A stretch of 64,000 nucleotides of DNA from Syntrophorhabdaceae bacterium. GTDB taxonomy: Bacteria > Desulfobacterota > Syntrophorhabdia > Syntrophorhabdales > Syntrophorhabdaceae. A program made the position numbers and the translations under genes. The stretch is from contig OY762209.1 of assembly GCA_963665295.1 (NCBI GenBank), forward strand, positions 4,224,001 through 4,288,000, in the 5' to 3' direction. The notes below the pieces were generated by a model that saw nothing but the letters and a program-made list of their open reading frames with translations, ran no database searches and had not been told where the DNA came from. Shown here piece after piece: positions 1-10,593 of this stretch (position 1 is its first letter; each line of letters opens with the position of its first letter).

Positions 1-564
1 CAGGAGGCCTTCGGGCGCGTCAAGACCTTGAGTCCTCACTTCAAGGACTCCGCCTCAAAGAACAAGATTGATTGGCTTCTCGCCATGGCGCAAGGCTATC
101 AGGAGTCGGAACTGGACCAGAAGCGAAAAAGCCCGAGAGGGGCGCTGGGCATCATGCAACTCCTGCCAGGAACCGCCAAAAGCGTGGGATATACCGATAT
201 CACCACCGAACGGAGTAATATCGCGGCAGGTACGGCATACCTCAACTTCATTCGTCAGACCCACTTCAACGAACCTGATATCCCCCCGGACGCACGGCTT
301 GATTTCGCCCTGGCTGCCTACAATGCGGGTCCTGCCAGGATCGAATCCTTCCGGCAGGAAGCGAAAAAACGGGGTTTGAACCCGAACCTCTGGTTCAACA
401 ACGTAGAGAGGGTAGCTCTTGACAAAACAGGTGAAGAGACCGTGCGGTACGTGGCGAATATCAACAAATATTACGTTGCCTACAGGATGTCGCACCACCT
501 GGATGAGCACAAGGTGCGCAACGTAACCAACCAGGCTTTGCGCAAGGGGGACTCCCTCAAGTAG
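1..564 (+). CDS. Lytic transglycosylase (SLT domain, MltF-like), C-terminal part; 5' end lies outside the window
   Basis: Frame open from base 1; SLT motifs QES, GALGIMQL, AAYNAGP and ETVRYV. Confidence 0.85.
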   Translation, partial: QEAFGRVKTLSPHFKDSASKNKIDWLLAMAQGYQESELDQKRKSPRGALGIMQLLPGTAKSVGYTDITTERSNIAAGTAYLNFIRQTHFNEPDIPPDARLDFALAAYNAGPARIESFRQEAKKRGLNPNLWFNNVERVALDKTGEETVRYVANINKYYVAYRMSHHLDEHKVRNVTNQALRKGDSLK

Positions 565-593
565 CCCGGCGCGTCACATGCCGCCAACCGTTC

Positions 594-866
594 TCATTTG
601 ACCAAACGATGGTAATCCTCGGAATTCCAGCACGACCGGAAAAAGGGGCACTCCCCACACTCTTTGATCCTATCCCGTTCCCTGAGGTAAGCCTTGCCGG
701 ACATGCCGGCAATGCCATCCTTTTCCATCCCGGTAATGCAGGGAGGGGTCTTTGTTTTGCACCCGTGTCTGTTGTCGCAGTTGATGCAGTAGCCGTTTTT
801 CGGTTTGATAAGGGTCTCCTCCTCCGCTAATCTGAATCTATAGAAACCTGGTCCCTCTGTCAACAC
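594..866 (-). CDS. Small Cys-rich hypothetical protein (start uncertain)
   Basis: Cys clusters CINCDNRHGC...PPC and CGECPFFRSC; fills the gap between two genes. Confidence 0.55.
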   Translation of the reverse strand: MLTEGPGFYRFRLAEEETLIKPKNGYCINCDNRHGCKTKTPPCITGMEKDGIAGMSGKAYLRERDRIKECGECPFFRSCWNSEDYHRLVK

Positions 867-948
867 CCCCGGGATTGAAGCCCATTTCCCGGGAGCCTTT
901 TTTGTGGTACCATATGGACCGGTTCACAAAAAAAAGGGTGGGTATGCC

Positions 949-1818
949 ATGCCTCTTGTTACCATCGATCCCGGGTTATGCCTCAAAGACGGCCTTTGTG
1001 CCCGTATCTGCCGGAAAGTCTTCTCCCATAAGGCCGAAGGCACCGTCCCTGTAATCGAACACGAGGCCTTCTGTAATGCCTGCGGGCATTGCGCGCTCAT
1101 ATGTCCTTCCGGCGCAATCCGCCTGGACGGCGTCCCGGCCGACAAGATACACCCCGTCCGCCGCGACCTTATCCCCTCCTATGAACAGGTGAGGGAGTTG
1201 ATCGCGTCACGGCGCTCAATCAGGACTTTTCAGAAACGGCCCGTGGAAAAGGAGGTCATCGGAAGGATCATCGAGGGAGCACGGTTTGCCCCGAGCGCCA
1301 AAAATACGGGAAGCACCCGGTTCATAGTGGTCCAGGACGGAACGCTCATCAGGGCCATAGCCTCCGCCACTGCCGACTGGCTCGGCAAGACGGCAAAAAG
1401 GCTCAAAAACCCTCTCTGGAGAAAGCTTTATCTTATGACCGGCGCAAGGGACGCGGAGGGAATGGCGCGATGGGTCGGCCGGTTCCGCCTCATGGCGGAA
1501 AGTATGCGGCAAGGCACGGACCTCGTCCTCTTTGATGCCCCGGCCCTTATTCTGTTCCACGCGGACCGCTCCGTCAGGTTCGCCGACGAGAACGCCAACC
1601 TCGCCCTTCAAAACGGGACCCTTATCGCGTGTTCCCTCGGCCTGGGCAGTTTTTACACGGGCTACGTGGTGACGGCCTCGGGCCGCGACAAGGCCATTCC
1701 CCGCCTCGTGGGGCTGCCTGAGGACCACAGGATATACGGGGGATTGGCTCTCGGATATCCGGAAATACGGTTTTCCCGCTGGATCGAGCGAAACCCCGCA
1801 ATGGTCACGTGGATGTAA
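949..1818 (+). CDS. Nitroreductase family protein with N-terminal 4Fe-4S ferredoxin domain
   Basis: CLKDGLCARIC and CNACGHCALICP; RRSIRTF and APSAKN nitroreductase motifs; ATG at 949. Confidence 0.9.
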   Translation: MPLVTIDPGLCLKDGLCARICRKVFSHKAEGTVPVIEHEAFCNACGHCALICPSGAIRLDGVPADKIHPVRRDLIPSYEQVRELIASRRSIRTFQKRPVEKEVIGRIIEGARFAPSAKNTGSTRFIVVQDGTLIRAIASATADWLGKTAKRLKNPLWRKLYLMTGARDAEGMARWVGRFRLMAESMRQGTDLVLFDAPALILFHADRSVRFADENANLALQNGTLIACSLGLGSFYTGYVVTASGRDKAIPRLVGLPEDHRIYGGLALGYPEIRFSRWIERNPAMVTWM

Positions 1819-1931
1819 GATGGAAATAGTTGTGGTCCGCATTGAAAGAATGCGCCCGCTATGGTAATAAATTAACATAATTGCGCCGCTACGGGCGGCT
1901 GCTTCAAAGAAGGAGGAAGAAAAAACCCGAC

Positions 1932-3620
1932 ATGATAGAAACAGAGGCTGCGCCACAAAACGATTTTATCCGCGAAATCATCGAAGACGACTTGAAAACG
2001 AACAAGAATAACGGGCGCGTCGCCACGCGCTTCCCGCCCGAACCGAACGGCTATCCCCACATCGGTCACGCCAAGTCGGTGTGTCTCAATTTCGGCATTG
2101 CCGCCCAGTACGGAGGCACGTGCAACCTCCGCATGGACGACACCGATCCGAGCGGCGAGTCTCTCGAATATGTGGATTCAATTATAAACGATGTTCACTG
2201 GCTCGGTTTCGACTGGCAGGACCGTCTCTTCTACGCCTCCGACTACTTCGAAGACCTTTACCGTTTCGCGGTGCAGCTCATCAAACTCGGCAAGGCGTAT
2301 GTCTGCAGCTTGAGGGCCGACCAGATCAGGGAGTACAGGGGGACCCTTACCGAACCGGGGAAAGAAAGCCCCTTCAGAAACCGCTCCGTGGAGGAAAACC
2401 TGGACCTTTTCACCCGCATGCGGGCGGGCGAATTCGCCGACGGCGTACACGTGCTCAGGGCAAAGATCGACATGTCATCGCCCAACATCACCATGCGGGA
2501 CCCCGTAATCTACCGGATCAAACGATCACCCCATTACCGGACAGGCACTCAGTGGGTCATCTACCCCATGTACGATTTTGCCCACTGCCTCTCCGATTCA
2601 CTCGAACATATCACTTACTCCATCTGTACACTGGAGTTTGAAAATAACCGGCCTCTCTACGACTGGATCGTGGCTCAACTCATCCCCGAGCCCCGGCCCC
2701 GCCAGATTGAGTTTGCCCGCCTCAACGTCACCTACACGATCCTGAGCAAGCGGCGGCTCATCGAACTTGTCGAGAATAACCACGTGAACGGCTGGGATGA
2801 CCCGCGAATGCCTACCATCGCAGGCATGAGAAGACGCGGTTACACTCCTCAGGCCATCAGGACCTTCTGTGCGAAGATCGGGGTGGCAAAAAGCGACAAC
2901 CTTATCGATATGTCCCTCCTCGAAAGTTGTGTCCGCGATGACCTCAATGAGCAGGCGCCCCGTGCTATGGCAGTCCTCCGCCCCCTCAGGCTCGTGATCG
3001 ACAATTATCCCGAAGGCCGGGTGGAGGAATTTGAATGCGCGAATCACCCGCAAAACCCCGACTTCGGAACGCGCAAGGTGCCCTTTTCCAGGGTCCTCTA
3101 TATCGAAGCCGATGATTTCATGGAAGAACCGCCAAGAAAATACAAACGCCTCGGCCCCGGCCGCGAGGTGCGTCTGAGAAACGGCTACGCCATAAAATAT
3201 GCTGGCGTGGTGAAGGACGAGAAGACCGGCGAAATAACGGAAATACACTGCACCTATGACCCGGACACCCTCCACGGTGCTCCCGCGGATGGACGCAAGA
3301 TCGATGGCGTAATCCATTGGGTCTCCGCGGCTCACTCGGTCAAATCCGAAGTAAGGCTCTATGACCGTCTGTTCCGCATCCCCAACCCCGTGACCCAGGG
3401 AGACGCCTTCCTGGAATTTCTAAACCCCGATTCCCTGGAAATCATCACGAACTGCCGGGTGGAATCGAGTCTCAAGGATGCCGCCTCCGGGAGCAGGTAC
3501 CAATTCGAAAGACTAGGCTATTTCACCGCTGATTCCGTAGACTCAAAACCCGGAAACCCCGTGTTCAACCGCATCGTGCCTCTGCGGGATTCCTGGGCCA
3601 AGGTAGCTGCGAAAGGGTAA
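1932..3620 (+). CDS. glnS: Glutamine--tRNA ligase
   Basis: [15 protein letters not shown] (HIGH motif), LSKR (MSKR-like), [17 protein letters not shown]. Confidence 0.95.
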   Translation: MIETEAAPQNDFIREIIEDDLKTNKNNGRVATRFPPEPNGYPHIGHAKSVCLNFGIAAQYGGTCNLRMDDTDPSGESLEYVDSIINDVHWLGFDWQDRLFYASDYFEDLYRFAVQLIKLGKAYVCSLRADQIREYRGTLTEPGKESPFRNRSVEENLDLFTRMRAGEFADGVHVLRAKIDMSSPNITMRDPVIYRIKRSPHYRTGTQWVIYPMYDFAHCLSDSLEHITYSICTLEFENNRPLYDWIVAQLIPEPRPRQIEFARLNVTYTILSKRRLIELVENNHVNGWDDPRMPTIAGMRRRGYTPQAIRTFCAKIGVAKSDNLIDMSLLESCVRDDLNEQAPRAMAVLRPLRLVIDNYPEGRVEEFECANHPQNPDFGTRKVPFSRVLYIEADDFMEEPPRKYKRLGPGREVRLRNGYAIKYAGVVKDEKTGEITEIHCTYDPDTLHGAPADGRKIDGVIHWVSAAHSVKSEVRLYDRLFRIPNPVTQGDAFLEFLNPDSLEIITNCRVESSLKDAASGSRYQFERLGYFTADSVDSKPGNPVFNRIVPLRDSWAKVAAKG

Positions 3621-3676
3621 AGAACCGGGAAACGGTTTCCCCACGCCTTACGCGCAGAGCATAAAGTCAAATCGAC

Positions 3677-3702
3677 AGGCCGGGGCCTCACAGCCCCGGC
3701 CT
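3677..3702. terminator. GC-rich hairpin between convergent glnS and gldA
   Basis: AGGCCGGGGC-ctcaca-GCCCCGGCCT, perfect 10-bp stem. Confidence 0.6.
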
Positions 3703-3791
3703 CTTACACCGCTCCATGTCCCACCCACGCCACTATCCGGCCCAACGATAGGACACGAGGCGCCGGGAGTGTCCGGATGATATCTCCCCGC

Positions 3792-4973
3792 TCACCCCGC
3801 CAGGCTTCTGTCCATGGTCTTGCCGAATCCATCCGCTTCAATTACAGCGGCCTTCAAAGAACTGTGGGTTACCTCAAAAGGCTCGTATCTCAGAAAGAAT
3901 ACATTCAGGCTGTGTTGGACGATGTCGTCCAGTTCGCCATCCCTCTGCATCACATCAAAACCCAGTTGGCCGAGATGCAACGGCAGGCCCACGTCTTTGA
4001 AGAACCGGGCCGCCCTCTCCGCTTCATCAATTCGTTTTTCCAATACGAGTTGTGTCATGGTGCCGATGGCCACCAATTCTCCGTGAAGGCAGTCCCTGTG
4101 CAGGTCATGGCAGGCCGTCAACCCTTGCGCCACTCCATGGGCCCCCGCGAGACCGCCGCTTTCGAATCCGATGCCGCTGAGAAGAATATTCGCCTCCACA
4201 ATACGAGCAAGGGCTTCATCGACATTCCGGTCCTTAAGCTCCTTCAGTGCCGCGGTACCGTAATCGAAGAGCAGGTCCCGGCACTGACGGGCAATTGCCA
4301 GGGCCGCCATGGTCGGCCTCGCGCCTCGTGCCGTTCGGGCTTCCGGATTTTCCATGCAACAGCGGGCTTCGTAGAATGTCGAAAAGGCATCCCCCATTCC
4401 CGCTACCAAATACCGTGGCGGGGCATGGGCGATGATATCGAGATCGACCAGGACCAGCAAGGGATTTGTTGCGCAGAACTCGATATCACTGAAAACCCCG
4501 TTCTCGTTGTAGACGACGGCATGGGCCGATGTCGGCGCATCGGTGGAAGCCGTGGTAGGAATCGTAACAACAGGCGCACCCAGCCTTGACGCTGCCATCC
4601 TTGCCGTGTCAAGGCATTTGCCTCCCCCTATGCCGATAAGGACGTCCACTTTCGGGCCGGGACCTTCAAAAAAGGCTGCAACCCTTCCTGCCTCGCCCAG
4701 CGTCGATTCACCCTGAAAGATCGTTTTCCGCACTGCGAAACCCGCAGCGTTCAGACTCTTGTCGACAATCTTGCCGAGAACAAGATCCCTTCCCGGGGTA
4801 ATGAGCACACCGGCACAACCCGAGAGGGATAAAGAGAGATATTCACCAAGCAGATCGACAACGCCTCTCCCCTGAATATACTGAGAGGGAGATACGAAAA
4901 GCTGTATCGGCCCTCTATGGTCCGGAAACTTCCGGTACGTCGGATTAGGGTCTAATGCATTCTTGTTTTTCAT
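3792..4973 (-). CDS. gldA: Glycerol dehydrogenase family protein
   Basis: SPSQYIQG, GIGGGKCLD, PTTASTDAP, GFESGGLAGAH, LHGE. Confidence 0.85.
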   Translation of the reverse strand: MKNKNALDPNPTYRKFPDHRGPIQLFVSPSQYIQGRGVVDLLGEYLSLSLSGCAGVLITPGRDLVLGKIVDKSLNAAGFAVRKTIFQGESTLGEAGRVAAFFEGPGPKVDVLIGIGGGKCLDTARMAASRLGAPVVTIPTTASTDAPTSAHAVVYNENGVFSDIEFCATNPLLVLVDLDIIAHAPPRYLVAGMGDAFSTFYEARCCMENPEARTARGARPTMAALAIARQCRDLLFDYGTAALKELKDRNVDEALARIVEANILLSGIGFESGGLAGAHGVAQGLTACHDLHRDCLHGELVAIGTMTQLVLEKRIDEAERAARFFKDVGLPLHLGQLGFDVMQRDGELDDIVQHSLNVFFLRYEPFEVTHSSLKAAVIEADGFGKTMDRSLAG

Positions 4974-5143
4974 CTGTATTTCCTTTTTCCGAAAAAGATA
5001 TCGTCCGGTCTAAGTGCCGCACCGGGCAATCGTGCAATTGGGTCGTCAAGAACTTACACGAACTCTCCGTCCTATTTCAAGCCCACCCCTATTCCGGGAC
5101 GATTGCCTGCGAAGCGGCAGGGGCAAAGAGAAGGTAGCGACAT

Positions 5144-6595
5144 CTAAAGTCCGATGCACAAGTATTTGACATTCAGGTACTCATCAATGCCGTACCTCGA
5201 ACCTTCCCGACCAAAGCCGGATTCCTTTACTCCGCCGAAGGGGGCGGTCTCGGTCGAAATAATACCGGTGTTGATGCCAACTATGCCGTATTGCAGCGCC
5301 TCGGCGACCCGGAATACCCGCCCCACGTCGCGGGTGTAAAAATATGCGGCCAGTCCGTACTCCGTCGCATTGGCCAGCCGGATTGCATCCTCTTCGTCCC
5401 TGAACCGGAACAGGGGCGCCACCGGCCCGAAGGTCTCCTCCCTGGCAGCCAGCATGTCCGCTGTCATCTCCGAGAGTACCGTAGGCTCGTAAAACGTCCG
5501 GCCCAGGGCATGCCGCCGACCCCCGGTCAACACCTTCGCTCCTTTGGCAACAGCGTCTGCAACGTGCTGCTCAACCTTCACCAGCGCCTCTCCGTCGATG
5601 AGAGGTCCCTGTGTAATGCCAGGCGCCATACCATCGCCGACCTTCAACTGGGCGCACACCAACTCGGTAAACCTGGAAGCGAATTCCCCATAGATCCCGT
5701 CCTGCACCAAAAACCGGTTGGCACAGACGCATGTCTGGCCGGTGTTGCGGTACTTGCAGATCATGGCCCCTGCCAGCGCCGCCTCAAGATGCGCGTCCTC
5801 AAATACAATGAACGGCGCATTACCTCCCAGCTCCAGGGACAACCGCTTGACCGTGCCGGCCGCACGCTGCATCAAATACTTGCCGGTACGCGTGGACCCC
5901 GTGAAGCTGAGTTTGGCCACCAACGGGTTATCCAGAATCTCGTCTCCGATAGCCTGAGCCGGGCCGGTCACGACGTTCAACACGCCCGGGGGCAGGCCCG
6001 CCCGTTCCGCCAACGCCGCGAGGGCCAGTGCGGAAAAGGGGGTTTGCGAAGCCGGTTTGATCACCATCGTACAACCCGCCGCCAGCGCCGCCCCGGCTTT
6101 GCGGGTGATCATCGCCGCCGGAAAATTCCAGGGGGTGATTGCGGCGCACACACCCACCGGCTCCTTCACCACCAGTATCCTCTTGTCGACCTGATGCGGC
6201 GGAATTACATCGCCATATGCCCGCTTGCCCTCTTCCGCGAACCACTCTATAAAGCTTGCCCCATAGGCTATTTCACCGCGCGCCTCAGCCAACGGCTTGC
6301 CCTGTTCGCACGTCATGAGAGTCGCCAGATCCTCCTGGTTCTCCATGACCTGTCTGAACCAGTCCTTCAAAATGATTGCCCTCGCCTGAGCGGTGAGCGC
6401 CCGCCAGCCGGCCAGCGCATTATCTGCCGCCATAATCGCCCGGCGGGTTTCCTTCCCGCCCAGCGCCGGAACCTGACCCAGTCGCTCGCCCGTTGCGGGA
6501 TTGGCAATCGTCATAACCTTCCTGTCGTCACCGTCGATCCATACGCCGTCGATATAGCACTGTTGCCGAAACAACGTGCAGTCGCGCAAGTCCAT
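5144..6595 (-). CDS. gabD: NAD(P)-dependent succinate-semialdehyde dehydrogenase
   Basis: ITPWNFP, FTGST, LELGGNAP, GQTCVCAN, EETFGP; RBS AGGAGG before ATG 6595. Confidence 0.93.
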   Translation of the reverse strand: MDLRDCTLFRQQCYIDGVWIDGDDRKVMTIANPATGERLGQVPALGGKETRRAIMAADNALAGWRALTAQARAIILKDWFRQVMENQEDLATLMTCEQGKPLAEARGEIAYGASFIEWFAEEGKRAYGDVIPPHQVDKRILVVKEPVGVCAAITPWNFPAAMITRKAGAALAAGCTMVIKPASQTPFSALALAALAERAGLPPGVLNVVTGPAQAIGDEILDNPLVAKLSFTGSTRTGKYLMQRAAGTVKRLSLELGGNAPFIVFEDAHLEAALAGAMICKYRNTGQTCVCANRFLVQDGIYGEFASRFTELVCAQLKVGDGMAPGITQGPLIDGEALVKVEQHVADAVAKGAKVLTGGRRHALGRTFYEPTVLSEMTADMLAAREETFGPVAPLFRFRDEEDAIRLANATEYGLAAYFYTRDVGRVFRVAEALQYGIVGINTGIISTETAPFGGVKESGFGREGSRYGIDEYLNVKYLCIGL

Positions 6596-6837
6596 TTGCC
6601 CCCTCCTGTCCTTTCGTTTTTCCTTCATCACACTCTCGTGTATGCTCCCATCGTCCCCCTATTTTCCTTCCGTGTCAAGTCGAAATTGTTGCAAGCCCTC
6701 CAAAAAAGGAACACGAGCTCCCCTTGCCAAGACCGCCGGACAGGCCGGGGGAGGCGCGAGCACAGGAATGGTTCCCGTCACGGATATTGAACCCGGGAGC
6801 ACCTGTCAACGCATCCCCTTTGCCATCGGAAGTCGCG

Positions 6838-8178
6838 ATGAAACTGACAAATATGAGGAATTCTGGAGTCTCTGATGAGTGGAAAATAGCCGTCCCGCAG
6901 GCACATGCACCTAAGGGCAATTGGTGGGAGATCTTCGGCGACCAGGAGCTAAACCGGCTGGAAGCCGAAGCCGCCGAGGCCAATCAGGACCTCGAGGCGG
7001 CCTACGCCCGCTTCAATCAGGCCCGTGCCGTTGCCGACGTGGCACGCTCCGGTTTCTTTCCCCGCTTAAGTGCCTCCTTTTTGCCGGTGGAGCAGCGCGA
7101 CTCCGAATACAGGCCTGTCGGGGGAAGACCGGGCCAGACCTACGACACCTTCACACTGCCTTTTGACCTGAGCTATGAGTTTGATCTCTGGGGGCGGATA
7201 CGGCGCACTGTCGAATCTGCTTCGGCTCAAGTGCAAGCCAGCGCGGACGATGTCGAGTCGGTAAGACTTGCCATGCAGGCAGAAGTGGCCGCCGACTATT
7301 TCGCGATTCGCGCCTTGGATTCGGACAAGGCTCTGCTCCTCTCGAGCATTCAGGTCTTCCGTAAGTCTCTCGAACTGGTTCGCAACCGAAGAGCGGGCGG
7401 CATGGTTTCCGATTTCCAGAACACAGAAGCTCAACTGCCCGATACTGCGCTGCAGCGGGCAAAGTTAGAGCACGCACTGGCCGTGTTGACCGGGAAAAAT
7501 GCATCTCTTTTCCGAGTGCCGGAGCGGCTACTCGACCTCAAGCCTCTCGTTGTTCCACCAGCGTTGCCCTCGGAACTGCTGGAGAGGAGGCCCGACATCG
7601 CAGGCGCCGAGCGCCGCATGTCCGCCGCAAATGCCAACATAGGCGTGGCCAAGGCAGCGTTTTTCCCGACCGTTAAGCTCAGTGCATCGGCCGGATTCCA
7701 AACCGGAGATTTGAACGCAAACAGAAACGCGAGCGACCTGTTTATGTTGCCGATGAGCCAGTTTTGGGCCGTTGGCCCATCTGTGACTCTCCCATTGTTC
7801 CAGGGAGGGCAGCTCATCGCCGGCCTCGGCCAGGCGAAAGCCGCCTACGAAGAAACGGTTGCCCGCTACCGCCAAACTGTACTCTCTGCTTTTGCTGACG
7901 TGGAAAATAATCTTGCCGCCGAGTATCTGCTGGCAAACCAATATGAAAAGGTAATGGCCGCGTCGAAGTCCGGGCGAAAACAGTTGGAAATTGCCAACAA
8001 TCGTTACGATGCAGGTCTCGTAACCTATCTTGAAGTAGCGACGGCTGAGAATACCTGGCTCGGAATCGAAAGAACCGCCACGCGCGTGCGCGGCCAGCAA
8101 CTTGTGGCGGTTGTGTCGCTGATCAAATCACTCGGGGGTGGCTGGCAACGGGCAAATAAAGATGGCGGAGGGATGTGA
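6838..8178 (+). pseudogene. Degenerate orphan RND outer-membrane factor (NodT/OprM family)
   Basis: WWEIFGD, FDLWGR and LLERRPDI motifs; no signal peptide or lipobox; about 9 aa missing near 7415 relative to the intact paralog at 28488; no pump partner adjacent. Confidence 0.6.
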
Positions 8179-8559
8179 TGTGCGAGGGGTTTACGGTATT
8201 ATAGGGTTGTTGGCATTTCGTTTATCCTGCTTTCCTACGAGGTTTCGTAAGCTGTGTATGCGTTCAATGGTTGACCGGACGCGAAGTCGATCGCCTTCTG
8301 CTTTGAAATACTCAATGCAGTACGCTTTAGATACACGCGAATCAAGGAGACATATCTGCTCCGAAACCTTGATGTCACAAAAAGGATCGTTGCCATGACT
8401 CCCCAAGACTGAGAGTCTCATGGACATAAGAACGTTGCCATGGTCCTGAATACCAGGCGTTTTATACGGCAAGGACTCTAGACGGGCATTATTGTTATAA
8501 TGTACATTATATAGATAGTCCTCTGTTGTGAAATATGCGCATCTGTGGGATAGGAGCGG

Positions 8560-8679
8560 ATGATGGAAATGTGGTTGGGAATCGGTGCGATGACGGTCTT
8601 TGTGGGCTGCGCAGTGGTCTGCTTCTGCCTGCGGGTCCGAAGCGTGAAACGTGGGCAGTGGATCGGGTCCTGCCGGTGA
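8560..8679 (+). CDS. Putative 39-aa single-pass membrane peptide (not in ORF track)
   Basis: RBS AGGAG then ATG; MMEMWLGIGAMTVFVGCAVVCFCLRVRSVKRGQWIGSCR, a hydrophobic stretch followed by a basic tail. Confidence 0.45.
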   Translation: MMEMWLGIGAMTVFVGCAVVCFCLRVRSVKRGQWIGSCR

Positions 8680-8861
8680 AGCTCGCCTCTTCCTCTGCCG
8701 GGGGCAGACGATGGAGACACGGGAAATCGGTACGAGGCATCCGAGCCGAACAATAGGTAGAAAGAAGAAGGGGCCATGAAGCATCACGGGCTCCTACGGG
8801 ACGGAAAGAAGGTTTACACCGAGGCACTATCTTAAACACTGACAAAGAAAAACGAAGAAAC

Positions 8862-9944
8862 CTAGTGTAGTGTCTCAGTAACGCCTTTACAGCGATTCAC
8901 TTTTTCAAGTATCTCCTCGGCCTTCCTGGTCCATACGAAGGGTTTGGGGTCTTCGTTGTTGCAGCGAATATATTCTTCGATGGCGGTCACCAGTTCCTGA
9001 ACGCTTTTGAAGATGCCGCGACGAATTCTCTTTCGTGTGATCTCCCCGAACCAGCGCTCCACCAGGTTAAGCCACGACGAGCTTGTGGGTGTAAAGTGGG
9101 GAACGAAACGGGGGTGTTTTTCGAGCCATGCTTTCACATTGGGGTGGGTATGAGTTCCGTAGTTGTCGAGAATCATATGGACATCGAGGCCCTTTGGCAC
9201 CTGACGGTCTATGGTACGCAGGAACTTAAGAAATTCGGTATTTCTGTGGCGGGGATAGCAGGAGCCTATGACTTTTCCTTCCAGAACATTGAGGGCGGCA
9301 AAAAGACAGGTAGTGCCGTTCCTTTTGTAGTCGTGGGTCATCGTGCCGCAGCGCCCCTTCTTCATCGGTAATCCCGGCTGGGTCCGGTCCAGGGCCTGCA
9401 CCTGGCTTTTCTCATCCACACAGAGTACCACCGCTTTGTCGGGAGGATTGAGATAGACGCCCACCACATCGGTCAGTTTCTCCACGAACTTCTTGTCTCT
9501 GGACAGCTTGAAAGTTTCTACCCGATGGGGCTGTAGTCCATGGGCATCCCAGATGCGCTGCACGGTGGCATGGCTCACGCCCTTCTCCTTTGCCATGGTG
9601 CGGGTGGACCACTGAGTAGCATCTTTGGGAGTTGTATGGAGCGTGGCTTCCACGATGGTGCGCACTATCTCCGGGTTAAGGCGCCTTGAACTCGGCCCAT
9701 GGGGTGCGTCCTCCGACAAACCGGAGGGGCCCTGTTCTCTGAAGCGGCCTACCCACAAGATCACCGTAGGGCGGGAGGTATTGAGCCTCTTCGCTATGGC
9801 GTTATGGGACATCCCTTCTGCCGCGAGCAGGCAGATGCGGGAGCGTAGAACCACCCTTTGGGGAGTCTTCTTTGCTTTGACCCATGTTTCCAATGTCTTT
9901 CTCTGCTCTTCCGTCATGTCTAGCGTACTGGCTGGATTCCACAT
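8862..9944 (-). CDS. IS630-family transposase
   Basis: N-terminal HTH; DDE motifs CVDEK, ILDNY, SWLNLVERWF. Confidence 0.95.
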   Translation of the reverse strand: MWNPASTLDMTEEQRKTLETWVKAKKTPQRVVLRSRICLLAAEGMSHNAIAKRLNTSRPTVILWVGRFREQGPSGLSEDAPHGPSSRRLNPEIVRTIVEATLHTTPKDATQWSTRTMAKEKGVSHATVQRIWDAHGLQPHRVETFKLSRDKKFVEKLTDVVGVYLNPPDKAVVLCVDEKSQVQALDRTQPGLPMKKGRCGTMTHDYKRNGTTCLFAALNVLEGKVIGSCYPRHRNTEFLKFLRTIDRQVPKGLDVHMILDNYGTHTHPNVKAWLEKHPRFVPHFTPTSSSWLNLVERWFGEITRKRIRRGIFKSVQELVTAIEEYIRCNNEDPKPFVWTRKAEEILEKVNRCKGVTETLH

Positions 9945-10002
9945 GCACTATGATAGCATAGCCAAGGGTAATAGTAAAGCTATTAGTGAGCCAGTACACT
10001 AG
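8862..10002 (-). mobile_element. IS630-family insertion sequence, apparently intact
   Basis: Imperfect terminal IRs CTAGTGTAGTGTCTCAGTAA versus CTAGTGTACTGGCTCACTAA (reverse complement); CTAG at both ends (8862-8865, 9999-10002), consistent with a TA target. Confidence 0.93.
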
Positions 10003-10152
10003 GGTGCGTCTGTCAGGAGCGCAAAGTCAATTGGGAAAAGGACGGGATGCGGGAATCAGGCGGCCTGCCGTTCCCTTTCTCGGTGGGTGCATCCGATTCA
10101 CGGTGTTACGCTACGGAAGGCCCCCGAAGCGAATGCATTTTTCGCTGATGGA

Positions 10153-10527
10153 TCAGTAAATGGAGCGGATCCTGCCGGTTCTTCTGTCAATAATCACCTT
10201 GTCGATAAGCTTGCCGTCAGGACCGGCTATATCCGCCTCGAAGTACCACTTTTTTCTCTCGACGTTTGTGACCTGCACTGCCTGACCGGAGTCGGCAAAG
10301 TACGCCTCGATCGCTTGTTTTGCTTCCTCGGCGGTTTTCATCACCTTCCGTTGACCATAAGGACCGCCCCCTCGCGGGCCGGGGCAGGGACGTCCATAAG
10401 ACATGTTCTCGTACGAGTCCTGGCCTTCCTGGCCCTTGAACCCCCGACCTCTGCCCTGTGCTTCAGATGTCAGGGGCGCAATCAGCGTAGCTATTAAGAA
10501 GATCATGAAAACTACCATTTTGTACAC
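10153..10527 (-). CDS. Exported PepSY-like protein
   Basis: Signal peptide; C-terminal YFEADI...VIIDRRTGRI PepSY-type pattern. Confidence 0.7.
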   Translation of the reverse strand: MYKMVVFMIFLIATLIAPLTSEAQGRGRGFKGQEGQDSYENMSYGRPCPGPRGGGPYGQRKVMKTAEEAKQAIEAYFADSGQAVQVTNVERKKWYFEADIAGPDGKLIDKVIIDRRTGRIRSIY

Positions 10528-10593
10528 TGTCGCCCCCTTTTGATACGGACCCCGGAGACTTGAGGGGCCCGTATCATAACCTTTTTCTAAATT

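Noticed and set aside
8191..8787. 198-aa minus-strand ORF next to IS630
   Set aside because: No recognisable motifs, spans an AT-rich promoter-like tract and overlaps the better-supported small ORF at 8560
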